A stretch of DNA of 63,952 nt, counting the filler, from Pirum gemmata (taxonomy: Eukaryota): the NCBI GenBank assembly GCA_002812295.1. It is 13 parts of 13 records of this genome, joined end to end, with 100 filler letters (N's around TTAATTAATTAA, not from the genome) between each part and the next. Parts side by side here need not be neighbours in the genome. Positions count along the whole stretch, not along the records: positions 9,186 to 13,660 come from PDIN01001115.1; positions 13,761 to 18,224 come from PDIN01001116.1; positions 18,325 to 22,797 come from PDIN01001117.1; 10 more parts are not named here. One strand, given 5' to 3'. Below, piece after piece: positions 9,218 to 22,128 of this stretch (position 1 is its first letter; each line of letters opens with the position of its first letter). The notes beneath the pieces are model-generated. The model made no database searches. It was given only the letters and a program-made list of their open reading frames with translations, and was not told where the DNA came from. Both the position numbers and the translations under genes were made by a program.

Positions 9218-9955
9218 ATGACGATGAACGGTTTCAATGCTGGCTCTGTCTATTATATAAAAACTATACCTACTTTTGAAAGCGCACCATCTTTTGAAGA
9301 ATGCATAAAGGTGAAATCAGACTCTCCTTATAATAGTAAATATTATTCCACTCAACAAATTGTAGTAATTGACAGTGATTATATATACTACACTTCTCGA
9401 AAACCGGCCTTAAAAAGTCGAAAAAGAAAAGCCGATAAAATTTCCACTAAAAAGAAAAAAACGAAACTAGAATCCCAAGAAAATGACCCACAACGACGAC
9501 GTAAACGTACTATGCCGTTGTTTATAAAAACACTAACTGGAGCAGTTATTGCATTAAACGTAAATTGGAAGGAGAGGGTTGAAAATCTTAAACGGATAAT
9601 TGAAAAAAATATAGGATATCCACGGGACCAGCAACGTCTTATTTTTTGTGGGAAACAATTGGAAGACCGCCGAACCCTTGCTCAATATGGAATTCTAAAG
9701 GAGTCCACACTTCATTTAGTATTGCGATTGGGAGGTGGTATGTGTCTTTCGGTTAAAGGCTTTGCCGATGGTAAACCAGTCGGTTCTACTATGACTTTTC
9801 GGCTTAAAGTAGGTACTTATCGTATCATTAGCGTATCGATAACTGTGGGTTATCCCGTAGAGATGCCTCTCTTTTCCAAAGCTTTGTCCGTTGCACTTGG
9901 AAACGGTTCTGAAAGTTTGGATCTAACCGAACAAACTATAAAGACGTATTTCTGA
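9218..9955 (+). CDS. Ubiquitin-like domain protein (UBL at about 9512-9739)
   Basis: [10 protein letters not shown]...[40 protein letters not shown]; preceded by basic NLS-like tract; boundaries uncertain. Confidence 0.85.
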   Translation: MTMNGFNAGSVYYIKTIPTFESAPSFEECIKVKSDSPYNSKYYSTQQIVVIDSDYIYYTSRKPALKSRKRKADKISTKKKKTKLESQENDPQRRRKRTMPLFIKTLTGAVIALNVNWKERVENLKRIIEKNIGYPRDQQRLIFCGKQLEDRRTLAQYGILKESTLHLVLRLGGGMCLSVKGFADGKPVGSTMTFRLKVGTYRIISVSITVGYPVEMPLFSKALSVALGNGSESLDLTEQTIKTYF

Positions 9956-10003
9956 CAATGATTCGTATCCTAAAAGTTAGAATAACTAATGTTTTTTTGT
10001 TTT

Positions 10004-10081
<78 letters not shown>

Positions 10082-10200
10082 TTTTATATTTGAAAACGCA
10101 TTTCCTTTTCATACTTATTGTTGGAAATAGTTTGTATAATTTTTTTATTAATAAAAAACATCAGATTTGATATATAAGAGTTATTTAAGAGTTTTTTAAG

Positions 10201-10375
10201 TATAGCGCTTTTCATTTATTTTGTCACACCGAATATTTATTTGGTTGGTTATATTTGTTAAATGAATAAATTGATAATAAATTATACCAAATTAAATGAA
10301 AAGGATTTATATTGTATTAATTTGGTACTCTTTATTTTATATTTTATCATGACAAAACAACTGAAAAGCACAATA
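10201..10375 (-). mobile_element. MITE family E (TA-flanked, Tc1/mariner-like)
   Basis: Ends TATAGCGCTTTTCA / TGAAAAGCACAATA; multiple copies in window. Confidence 0.75.
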
Positions 10376-10414
10376 ATTCCTTGTGAAGTGTGATTAATGT
10401 TATTCACGATCCTT

Positions 10415-10598
10415 GGAGATGCGGGAAAAAGAATAGAATCGAGACTAATTTTAAGTATTGACTCACTTTAAAAAATTCTTATTGAAAATTCTTAGAAATT
10501 TCAAACTCAAAAAAAAAAAAGAATATCATTTCAAAATTGTCACTATTTAATAATTAGGATCGAGCTGTTTGATTCGATTATGTTTTCTCGTTATCTTT
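10415..10598 (+). mobile_element. MITE family B
   Basis: GGAGATGCGGGAAAA; probable TSD ctt. Confidence 0.8.
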
Positions 10599-10614
10599 CT
10601 TGAATACGAAGTAA

Positions 10615-10760
10615 GGGAGCGTTCAAATACTACGTAACGCCAATTTCCAGTCAAATACAGCTTCAAATACTCCTACCTACCTACCCCTCGACGTTAATTT
10701 CCGGGTCAAATACCACCTACCTACCTACCCCTTGACGTGTCATATTATTTGAACGCTCCC
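10615..10760 (+). mobile_element. MITE family D (PIF/Harbinger-like)
   Basis: Perfect TIR GGGAGCGTTCAAATA; TSD TAA. Confidence 0.9.
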
Positions 10761-11456
10761 TAAGACGATAAATATACTTAATGTTGATTTTTTCTTTTTG
10801 TTTTGCTGATACCTAAATTTCCAAAATACTTTCATTTATTTTTTGAGCTTGCGAAAAAAATGTTAATTTTTGTTAAAGTTTGAAAAATAGTCATGAACAA
10901 AAATACATATTATATGATGCCATAATATTAATAAATTTATGTTGTTACATAACGAATTAAAGAGAAAATTATGCAACTTATTACGCGTTTTCATTAAAAA
11001 TAAGTAAAATATCAATTTTCAAAAATATAAAAATTCGTTCCTTTTCCTAAAAGTTTCCAATTCTCACAGTTTATATATCTTTTCTTTTTTTTTAAAAAAA
11101 AAGATATCGTAAAATAATAAAAAAATACAAAAAAAATAGTAAACAATTAGTATTATTCCAAAATTAGCTAGGCTTCAACTATATCATAAAATGCAACATA
11201 ATATATTACATATAAATCATATAACTATATAGTAATAACTTTAATAACTACAAACAATAATTGCTTTTATTAAGATTATTATTGGTTTTCTAATATGGAT
11301 TCTGATATTCTAGTAACTGCTTGAATTAGAAAATAATTTACTATAATTAGTTTCCCAAACTCCCAAATAAAGAACTTTAAAAAACAAAAATAAGAAATTT
11401 CTTCTTTATATGTTCTAAAATTATTTTCTAAATAAGCAAAAAAAGTCTCAAAATAG

Positions 11457-11680
11457 GGAGTTACGAGAAAATATAATCGAATCAAACAACTCTATCCTAA
11501 TTATTAAATAGTGACAATTTTGAAATGATATTCTTTTTTTTTTTTGAGTTTCAAGTTTTTCCTATGAAATTTAAGAATTTTTAATAATTTTTTTTAATAA
11601 AATCAAAAGTGAGATAATACTTAAAATAAGATCGGAAAATTTCGAACTAGTCTCGATTCGATTGTTTTTTCCGTATCTCC
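11457..11680 (-). mobile_element. MITE family B
   Basis: TIRs present; TSD tag. Confidence 0.85.
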
Positions 11681-12613
11681 TAGAAAAATTTTCATTGCAT
11701 GTAATACTTTTTTAAATAAATAAAATTGCCAAAAAATTTGAACCAATTTCTTTTCTAAATAAGTAAATAGGTCACAAAATAGGAAATTTTTCAATAAATG
11801 TTTTCAAATAAATTTGCCAAAACTTTCATTCTTTTTAAAAATGTTTACTCAAGCGCCATCAAACTTGTAAATAAGTAAATTGCAATTCCAAAATGGGAAA
11901 TTTCGTTCTTAATATTTCCAAATCTTTTTTCTAAATAAAGAAACAAATAAATTTTTTTTAATGTTTCCATTTTGCTTTTTCTAAATAAATAAATAAGTAA
12001 AATTGCTAAAAAATTAGCTATTTCCTCGGTGAAAATTAAAGAGTAAATTTCGTATTAATATTTCTTCTACCTAACCCTAACCCTAACCCATACCCTTACC
12101 CTCACCCTCACCCCCCTTGCCCTTACACTAACCCTAACCCTAACCCTAACCCTAACCCTAACCCTAACCCTAACCCTAACCCTGACTCTAACCCTAAATA
12201 AGTAAATAAGGCCATTGTATTTTCTCAATGTTTTTTCTAAATAAATAAAAAAATTGTCAAAATTGGAAATTTCTATCTTGAATGTTTGCTTTGTTATTAT
12301 GCTATTATTAAATATTATAGATATTATATTTTTTCTGTATGATTGTTAAATATTATTTCATGCACGGATTTGAATATCGAAAAGTAAATAAAATTTCTAA
12401 AATAGGAAATTTCGTTATGAATATTTCCTTATTTGCTAATAACTTTTCTAAATAAATAAAATTTCTCCAATTTCCAATTACTTTTCTAAACAATAATAAA
12501 ATTACTGAAATAGAAAACTTCATTCTTATTAATTTGTCATGTTGGTTCTCGGGGGGTTATTTTTCCAAATTTCTGTTTTGATTTTTAGAATCGTCTTTTT
12601 CAATTTCACATTA

Positions 12614-12831
12614 GGAGATGCGGAAAAATATAGTCGAATAAACAGCTCGATCCTAATTATTAAAGAGTGATAATTTTGAAATGTTTTTTTAGTTTCAAGT
12701 TTTTCTATGAAATTTCTAAGAATTTTTAGAATTTCTTAAAAGAACTTTTAATGAAATCAAAACTTCAATTAGATCGAAAAAATTCGAAAGTTTCGAAATA
12801 GTCACGATTCGATGGTTTTTCCCGCAACTCC
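12614..12831 (-). mobile_element. MITE family B
   Basis: TIRs present; TSD tta. Confidence 0.87.
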
Positions 12832-13157
12832 TTATAAATAATTATAATACATTTTTGGTCAAGATTAAAAAAATTCATTCATAGATTACCAAAAATAGGA
12901 ATTCATTCTTATTACTTTTTCATACGTAATTGCTTTTTTTCTAACTAAATAAATAAATTTTCCAAAATTTTCCTTTAATGTGCCTTATTTGGCAATGATT
13001 ATTTCTAAATACATAAATAAAATTACCAAATATGGGAATTTCATTCTTATTATTTTCTCATACGCAATTGCTTTTTCTAAATAAATAAATAAATTTGCCA
13101 AAAATTAAAAATTCATACTAAATTCAATAAAATTACCAAACAGGGAATTTCATTCTC

Positions 13158-13371
13158 GGCGACACGGGAAAACATGATCGAATCAAAAAGCTCGATCCTA
13201 ATTATTAAATAGTGACAATTTTGAAATGATATTCTTTTTTTTCGAGTTGAATTTCTAAGAATTTTTATGAATTTTTTCATGAAATCAAAAGTGAATCAAT
13301 ACTTAAAATTACATCGAAAAATTTCGAAAATTTCGAAATAGTCTCGATTCAATAGTTTTTCCCGCATCTCC
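13158..13371 (-). mobile_element. MITE family B
   Basis: TIRs present; flanks ctc/ctt. Confidence 0.83.
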
Positions 13372-14625
13372 CTTGTCATTTTCTCATATGCAATTGTTTT
13401 TTCTAAATAAATAAAATAAATTTGACAAATTTCTAAATAAATAAATAAAATTATCCTCATTAAATATTTTCTTATCTCATTCACCGCCAAAACTCTTAAA
13501 AGCTTCTGTGTCTTCGATGTAGTCGTCAGGAACAATAAATCTATCGTCTAATTTACAAAGAAAATGTACAATAATATTTTATTATTATTATTAAATTATT
13601 ACTATATCACTATTATTACAATTATTGTTAATTATTATTATTATTATTTATTTAGAAAAANNNNNNNNNNNNNNNNNNNNNNNNNNNNNNNNNNNNNNNN
13701 NNNNTTAATTAATTAANNNNNNNNNNNNNNNNNNNNNNNNNNNNNNNNNNNNNNNNNNNNTTTTTTTTGGGTTGCTTCATTTATTATGTATATATCATTC
13801 ATGTAGACCTTCAGGGGTCTATAAATCTATATGTACTAGGGCTCTATGTGTATCATACATCAGTTCATACATCATACATACAGATATAATTTATTATTAT
13901 CATCATATCATATTATTTTTATAGATGATATGATTTTTTTTTATTATGATATCATATCATAAAAAAAATAAATAAATAAAAATAAAAAAAAATTAAAAAA
14001 AAACTACGATTTATATTCTGAGGATTTACTATATTATAATATCAAAATATAAAACGCTTTTGTAAAAATATATATACGATCCTTTATCCTACATACAGTT
14101 AGTTAATGGAGAAACCACTGGATCATAATATGCATATATATAAATATTATAAATGAATGGTGCACAAACCATTCTTAAAAAAAAGAACCCAACCTCCAGA
14201 GTCCTGTCGTCCGGCGGCTCGAAGTACTCTCGAGCCGAGTTCGGTTCGTTATATAAATACTCGAGATATAGACCCGATAATATGTATGACCGGAGCTGGC
14301 CAGTTCGAGCCAGACCGAGTCTCTAAAGTTCGGAGTCCCAGCNNNNNNNGAAAACATATCTTATTCAGTGAAGAGACCTTGCATGCTTGATTAGCTGTGA
14401 TGACAGTTTTGTGATTGTGAAAAGTTTCATATATATGAGTCTTTGTTTTCTGAGACTGTCAAAAAGAAGTTTTAAAATAACGAATTCGAATAAACTCCTT
14501 AAACCTTGATTTTGTGTTTCGATCTTTTAATTAATACTCAACGTAATTCGGATAATACTATTTAGCCGACCACAGTCCAGACGGTACCAGGTATGAACAT
14601 AACTATGAGACAGTTGATACTAGCT

Positions 14626-14815
14626 AGTAGTGCTTTTCAGTAGTTTTGTCATCATAAAATATACAATAAATCGTACCATTAATTAATATAATATAAATCC
14701 ATTTAATTTAATTTGGTATATTTTATTATGTGTATATTGATTTAAAATGTCAATTTAAAGATTATAACACTCCAAATAAATATTCAGAGTAACAAAATAA
14801 ATGAAAAGCATAATA
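14626..14815 (+). mobile_element. MITE family E
   Basis: GTGCTTTTCA...TGAAAAGCATAATA. Confidence 0.75.
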
Positions 14816-15079
14816 GCTAAACATAACCAGAGTCACTAGTCATCAGACCTGCGCTCATATCGAACATTATTTAATTTTTTTTTTTTTTTTTTTTGTTAAC
14901 GATTTTTGATTGGATGTTTTATGGAGATTATTTTATAATCAATAAATAGTCTAATAGTCTAATGGACATTGAGAATTTGAGAGTGATTGAGGGCCATTGA
15001 GATTATTTTATAATCAATAAATAGTCAGTCTAATAGTCTAATGGACATTGAGAATTTGAGAGTGATTGAGGGCCATTTG

Positions 15080-15462
15080 AGGCTAGCTAGCTAAGTGATT
15101 TTAAAAGGCTAACTGCTGCTATGATACTATGATACTATAGCTAGCTAGCCAGCTACAAGCCACTACTAGCTAGCTACGATAGAGTCTATAACCGCGACTG
15201 GGGGAATCTACTTTCTAGCTATTGATAGACTAGTAGAGTCTACATAGACTAGCTAGCTAGCTAGGAAGATTGATCAGAGGTGAGTCTAGCTAGCTAGCTA
15301 TCACAGCCTAGCTAGTAGCTACTAGTATGATAGTGTCTATCAGTCTAGCTATCATAGCCTAGCTAGTACATAGCTACTAGCTAGTGTGATAGTGTCTAGT
15401 CTAGCTAGAGACTTACCGTGATAGACGACGAGGTCTAGAGCTAGCTAGCTAGCAGCTAGACT
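15080..15462. repeat. CTAG/TAGC-rich low-complexity tract
   Basis: Dense tagctagctag motifs; similar tracts at about 30470-30540, 31260-31500, 49020-49060 and 50820-50880. Confidence 0.75.
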
Positions 15463-16281
15463 ATGAGTTATATTCTATCCAAATTCATGCATGATATTCG
15501 TGACAGAGTAGAATCTTTCATTTTAAATTATAATATATATATGATATTAAATAAAAATGTTATATTTTTCGAACGTGTGAGAAAAATACTATTAAAATTT
15601 TTTTGTTTAAAATTCGATTTTGTGTTCGATAATATTAAATTATTAAATATTATGGTAAAAAATTATAATAATAATAATGATAATAATAATAGACGTCTAA
15701 TATAATATAGGTGGTAGGTCTATAATATTATGATATCAGATATCATATCATATCGATATCATAAACTTTCATATAATAATGTAGAGGGGTCTAGCTAGTA
15801 GTAACTAGTTAGCTAGGGGGTTGTCCAGCTCAAACACTGTTAAACTATTAGACATGTTTTAATTTAGTTGGTATTTTATAGATAATGTTGTATTTTATAA
15901 ACAAGCTCAATTATACACCGCCTATTTCATTTTACATTTGTCCTCTCAATCTTTAATTTGGTAATGTTTAAGTGTATATATAATTAAACTTGTTCATAAA
16001 ATACAACATTAATTAAATATTGAATACCAAATTAAGTATTAAATGCAAAATTAATTTAAACATGTCTAATAGAATCTATTAGTTTATTTCAGTTTTTGAA
16101 CTAGACACCACTTTTGAAAAACAAGATAGACCCCAAAAGCTAGTTAGTCTACTATTATTATTAAACTTGTTGATATCTGTATCAAATATTAAATTTAAAT
16201 TTGTTATTATTATTAAAAAAGTAAAATTAAGCTTTCACATATTTTATCCCGCCTACCACTACAAACTCTATTATCCCAAAG

Positions 16282-16822
16282 TTAACTATCCAAGTTTACC
16301 TTGGGTACGTGTATGTCACAGTCGTTGCGGTTGTTGCTGGTGTTATTGGTGTTGTAAAAGATATTCGGGATGCATTTTAATAGAATGAATTGATTCTGAA
16401 ATAGGTTCTTCAACTTTTCGAGTGAAAGAATAAGAGTGCCTGATATGTTCGTATAAAACATCGAACCCTTTTCCCAATTTCCATGTTTTAAATTTATTAT
16501 TAGACTCTTAGCAACGGCAACGCAAATGGGCTTCATGCTTTTTATTGAATGTTCGTCCGACCATAACTCTGCAAATTCATCCGAAGTCATAAAATGTACC
16601 ATAGTAAAAATGAAATAATTGAATATATTGCCAACTAGTAGACTTGTCTGTATTGAACGTCTCAATCCCTTGTTTTTGAAATTCATCATTCACCAATATT
16701 AAATCCACTAATTGTTCTATGAATTGACCATTCATATCGTTAATAACTTTTGCAGTATAAAAGTAACCATCTTTCCTATGAAATCCAGGCAAGGCCTGAT
16801 CGCCTACTGTAGAATAGACCAA
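16282..16822 (-). pseudogene. Frameshifted coding remnant with possible GNAT acetyltransferase motif A
   Basis: LVDLILVNDEFQKQGIE resembles the V...Q/RxxGxG motif; two overlapping frames. Confidence 0.4.
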
Positions 16823-17570
16823 TTAGCACATTCAGGGGGTAAAATAGTAAGATTCTTACAAACAAGTTCTCGTAAGTTACACCACTTAGCACATTCAGCA
16901 GGTAAAACAGTAAGTTGTTCACAATCTACTAATTATAAGTTCAACCAATTACATCCAGGAGGTAAAATGGTAATTCGGTTATTATGTAATTTTTCTAATT
17001 TGTACCAATTGCAACATTCACTTGGTAATACTTCAATATTAAAATTCATAAAGTGTTTTAATTTATGCCAATTACCACATTCACGTGGTAATACCTTAAC
17101 ATTATGACCTTCAAATTTTTCTAAGTTATACCAATTACCACAGTAACTTGGTTATTCATCAAGACTCCAATCAAGAAATTCTTTTAAGTTATACCAATTA
17201 CCACGTGAATGGCCAATTGGTCCTAACTTGACCACGCCATCTTCATCGTGTTCCACACCTGTACTGGAATGCGTTTCGTATTGATAGAACTCCCCCTGAA
17301 AAGCGGTACCTTCATTTTCTGAGTTAATAAGTGGAATTATTTTGTGTTTAGCTGCGTTCACCATAGTAATGATTTGCTCATTTTTATAATAATGAACTAA
17401 TTTATAATTCTCTTTCTCTTGAGGTTTATATTTTTTAAAATCCGTACGATCTTTACAAGTAGTAGTAGTAAAATATTTTTTACCTTAAAACTTTACATGT
17501 TTTAGATCATTTTCTAGTTTACAGAAGAGTTTCTGTTCCTCTAACTGATATTTTTCATATCTCCTCCCTA
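16807..17570 (-). pseudogene. Intronless LRR-like pseudogene (about 7 LPxECxNWxxL repeats of about 21 aa)
   Basis: One frame with in-frame TAA stops: LPRECGNWHKL, LPSECCNWYKL, LPAECAKWCNL, LPPECANWSIL. Confidence 0.7.
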
Positions 17571-18111
17571 AATGTTATACCATAGCTAGCATTTAGCTTT
17601 GTAAGTTGGAAATTACGCATAACCATAAACCTTTCCTACGATTCTTGATCTGTCTTACATTCCTCTACAAGTTTAATTATCCGTTCATAGTCTTGAAGTT
17701 GTTGTTTGTGATATTTTTTAGCAAGGGCATAATTTCGGTGTTGTTTTATTTCTTCCTCTTCTCTTATAAAAGTTTTATCGTCTTCAGATAAGGGCATTTT
17801 TATATTAATTGGTAAAAATTGAGTTTTTGATTCATTTTCACTGTTAATTAATATCACTATAGTAGGATAACATGATCTTTACAGAATAAGTCAAATGGTT
17901 AGTCAAAGCAGAAGTTTTAAACTGCGAAACCAACGACCATATTAAAAATAGGTACAATTATATTTGAAGAATATATATTATAATATATACTATAATACTC
18001 TATAATATTATATATTATTCATTTTATATACAATTAAACACGTACGATATAATTATAAATAAATTAGACCGGTCTAGCTAGATTTGACTCTTAGTCTCTA
18101 GTACGACTCTA

Positions 18112-18187
18112 GTACGTATACTCTTTAGTAGTCATAGGTATGAACTGGTAATAGTTCATACCTATGACTACTAGAGAGTATACGTAC
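18112..18187. repeat. Hairpin with 35-bp arms and 6-nt loop, abutting (CCCTAA)n
   Basis: 18112-18146 pairs with 18153-18187, one T-G pair. Confidence 0.92.
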
Positions 18188-18333
18188 CCTAACCCTAACC
18201 CTAACCCTAACCCTAACCCTAACCNNNNNNNNNNNNNNNNNNNNNNNNNNNNNNNNNNNNNNNNNNNNTTAATTAATTAANNNNNNNNNNNNNNNNNNNN
18301 NNNNNNNNNNNNNNNNNNNNNNNNACAGTTTTT

Positions 18334-19845
18334 AACCTAACCCTGACCCTAACCCTAACCCTAACTCTAACTCTAACTCTAACTCTAACTCTAACTCTAA
18401 CCCTAACCCTAACCCTAACCCTAACCCTAACCCTAACCCTAACCCTAACCCGAACCCTAACCCGAACCCGAACCCGAACCCGAACCCGAACCCGAACCCG
18501 AACCCTTTCATATCTAACTTATATAGTATCAGTCTTAAAATCAACTATTTCATTCAATTTATTACATGATTCCTTTATTCTTTTTAATAACCCTTAATAA
18601 ACTTTATTTTTTTAAATATTATATATAGGACCGTCTTTGGACCTGGCAGAGTAAGAAAAATAGAAGACTAGTATCATAATAATGATTAAAATTGAACCTT
18701 CTCATATTAATTTGTCGTTTACTTTTTGTAGTTTTGTGGTTTTGTGGTTTTTTGGTTTTGTGGTTGTGGTTTGTGGTTTGTGTTTTGTGTTTTGTTGTTT
18801 GTTGTTTGTTGTTTGTTGTTAGTCATTAGTTATTGATTATTAGCTGTTAGCTATTAACTGTTAGTTCTTAGCTGTTAGTTTTAAAATGTTAATAAACTAA
18901 AATTTGTTCTTTGTATGTTACACTTTGTTTCCCAACGTTAACCGTTCCCTAACAGTTTTTAACCTAACCCTGACCCTAACCCTAACCCTAACTCTAACTC
19001 TAACTCTAACTCTAACTCTAACTCTAACCCTAACCCTAACCCTAACCCTAACCCTAACCCTAATTGCATTACATATATTATATATATATATATGATATCA
19101 AAAGCGTGTAATGAATTTGGGTATTATCAAACTTGTGAATATGGAACCCAATGCCCATTTTCTCAAGGATACAACTCACTAAATATATATTTAGGATTCT
19201 GTAAAGTAAGTAATTATAATAATAACCCTATTAATAATTATTAAGAACCAAAAACAAGGTGATGCGGGAAAAACCATCGATTCGAGACTAGTTCGAAATT
19301 ATTAACTTTCGAAATTTTTCTCTCTAATTCTAAATGTTGACTCACTTTTGATATTATTAGAAATATTATTTCAAACATTGTCAATATTTAATATAAATTA
19401 GGATCGAGCTGTTTGATTCGATTATGTTTTCCCATATCTCCCAATACTAATAGTTATAACGGAATCAGTAATATATTAAGAAGAATGTCTATTTAAAATA
19501 TACATCTATATATCATGACTTTGTTACTAATTATATATACCTCTTGGGCAGGCTTTCAATTAAAACGTGTACCGCTGTATCACGCAGCTAACTATAACCT
19601 TAATCCTCAAATTCTAAACACTTACCTTAACCCTTAACCCAAATCCTAAACCTAAACCCTAACCCTAACCATACTCCATCCCTAACCCTAACGCTAACTT
19701 TTAACGCTATCGCCAACCCCTAACCCTAACCCTGTACCTTCACCATTAACCCTTAACCCTTACCTCTAACCCTAACCCTAACCCTTAAACTTAACTCCTA
19801 ATCCTAACCCTAACCCTAACCCTAACCCTAACCCTAACCCTAACC
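18334..19845. repeat. Cluster of interstitial telomere-like arrays (18334-18504, 18961-19063, 19650-19845)
   Basis: CCCTAA, CTCTAA and CCCGAA units; the first two arrays share flank and variant pattern. Confidence 0.88.
19258..19441 (+). mobile_element. MITE family B
   Basis: TIRs present; TSD caa. Confidence 0.85.
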
Positions 19846-20139
19846 ATTTGTTTCAATATTAATGACCTATAATTATAATAGATTGCCTTTAACGTATCAA
19901 GTGTTATGAATTATCAATCAGTCGCAGAAACCAATGATTATTATCACGGTAAAAGAATGTGGAAAAATGCTACTCGAATTTTTTCAACACAAGGTTTGTC
20001 TATTATTATATTATTTAAAATTTTAGTTTGGTTTTATTTTTAAATCGGTTAATTTTGAGCGTTTTAACATTATTTGAATTCTATTATTAATATTGTTGTT
20101 GTTGTTTTTATAAAACGGCCAATTAAATTAAAAAAACAG

Positions 20140-20800
20140 AAAATAAAATAAAACAATCCTGGCAATTTTTTAAAAATAAATAAATAATAATAATAATAAT
20201 AAAATAAAAATAAAAACCAAACCTAGCAATTAAATAAAAATAAAATAAAAAAAAAAACCAATCCTGACAATTAAAATTAAAAAACTAAATTATAGACTAA
20301 ATCAACGAAAACCTAATAATCAAATTTAAAAAAATAAAAAATAAATCAATCCTGCCAATTAAATTAAAAAAATTAAACCAAGCCTGGCAATTAAAATTAA
20401 AAAAAAAACTAAGAAAACTAAACAATTAAAAAAAACCAAGAAATGAACTAATCCTGAAAATTACATTAATAAAACTAATGTATACCAATCTTGCTAATTA
20501 AATAATAATAATAATAATAAATCTTGAGGTGGCATTGGAAAAAATAAAAATAAATAAACCAAACTTGGTAACTTAATTAAAAAAAAAACTAAACAAACCA
20601 ACCTTAACCCTGACAATTAAATTAAAAAATAAGTAAGTAAGTAAAACAATACTGACAATTAAATTAAAAAAACTAAAAAAATAAACAAATTCTGAAAATT
20701 AAATTAAAAAATTAAAAACTAAACCAAATAAAACCTAGTAATTAAATTAAAAAAACAAATTAGAAAAACCTAAAATAAATAAACCAATCCTAACAAAACA
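20140..20800. repeat. Degenerate A-rich tandem repeat (aaaccaatcctg.caattaaattaaaaa)
   Basis: Core motif recurs about 10 times. Confidence 0.7.
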
Positions 20801-21807
20801 CAAAAAAAAACATTAAAAAATATTTAGGTGGCATTGATCCTTGGCATTACTTGGGTATTCATGATAATTATATTCCATCTTCAAGTCATCATTTTTGGAC
20901 ACATCCAAGCGAACGTTCCGATAAAATTTCTATTGTTTTAGCTAAAAAGAAAATTTGGAGAAAAGTAAAAGAGTGGCTTAAAGAGTAATGTTAACGTTGT
21001 GTGATTAGAAACATTCATGATAATGTATTTTATTAATATTTGTACTATTATTAGTATTAGTATTAGTATCAGTATTAGTATGAGTATTAGTATTAGTATT
21101 AGTATTAGTAGTAGTATTAGTAGTAGTAGTAGTAGTATTAGTATTAGTATTAGTATTAGTATTAGTATTAGTATTAGCATTAGTATTAGTATTAGTATTA
21201 ATATGTATATATTAGTATTGTATTATTATTAGTATTATTATTAGTATTATTATTAGTATTATTATTAGTATTATTATTAGTAAGTGTTTGGGCTCAATAG
21301 AAAATTTAGAAATAGGTCAAGAAATAGCATTAATTAACGTTTTATGATTAGAAAAAATGATATGGGTTAGTATTAGTGTTAGTCAAGGTGGGAGAAAGGT
21401 GTATAGACTATTTTACACACTTTTATATATCGGATAATATAATAAGTACAAAAATCTAATGTAAAATCATTCATTTATGAATCATGTCATTTTTATTTAT
21501 ATTTTTTATTCAACCAAAATACTAAAAAATGGTTAATTAAAGGTTTTAAATATTTTTTTACATCGGATAATATAAGTACAAAATAAAGGTTTATTTATTT
21601 ATTGATTATGTCATTTGTATTTATATTTTATTCAACCAAAATAATAAAAAATTGTTACATTTTAGACATTTTAATAATTGTAGAACTATGTTATCATATA
21701 TTAAATACTACCAATTTTAATATTAAATATGTGTAATTAAATTATTTAAAACAGATTTAATTAATGAACGTTCTCTAACCCTAATACTAACCATCAAAAA
21801 CCAACAT

Positions 21808-22066
21808 GGAGATGCGAGAAAAAGAAAATGGAATCGAGACTGGTTCGAAATTTTCGAAATTTTTCGATCTAATTTTGTTGACTCACTCTTGATTTCATTT
21901 TTTAAAAAATTCTTAGGAATTCTTAGAAACTTCATAAAAAAAACTAGAAACTAGTTAGAAACTCCAAAAAAAAGAATATCATTTCAAAATTATTAATATT
22001 ATCACTATTTAAAATAATAATATAAGGGCCGAGCTGTTTGATTAGATTATGTTTTCCAGTATCTCC
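21808..22066 (+). mobile_element. MITE family B
   Basis: TIRs present; flanks cat/cag. Confidence 0.82.
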
Positions 22067-22090
22067 CAGCAAAATGATGTTGATAAAAAA

Positions 22091-22128
22091 CAAGAAGTTC
22101 AAAAAAAAAAACTTTTTTGAACTCCTTG
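22091..22128. mobile_element. Ultra-short hairpin element, family G
   Basis: CAAGAAGTTCAAAA...TTTTGAACTCCTTG; 7-bp TSD taaaaaa. Confidence 0.7.

Larger units (their letters stand above)
11700..13460. repeat. Degenerate AT-rich minisatellite (ttttctaaataaataaa...ccaaaataggaaatttcattctt) with embedded MITEs and a CCCTAA array at 12071-12197
   Basis: Recurrent core motif throughout the interval. Confidence 0.7.

Noticed and set aside
17578..17612. KLNASYG as the family B DNA polymerase KxxxNSxYG motif
   Set aside because: Wrong spacing and no other polymerase motifs
16807..17640. TAA/TAG reassigned to Gln (alternative genetic code)
   Set aside because: Well-supported genes end in TAA or TAG (24872, 25993, 33114) with no internal TAR, and one in-frame TAA falls at a conserved Leu position
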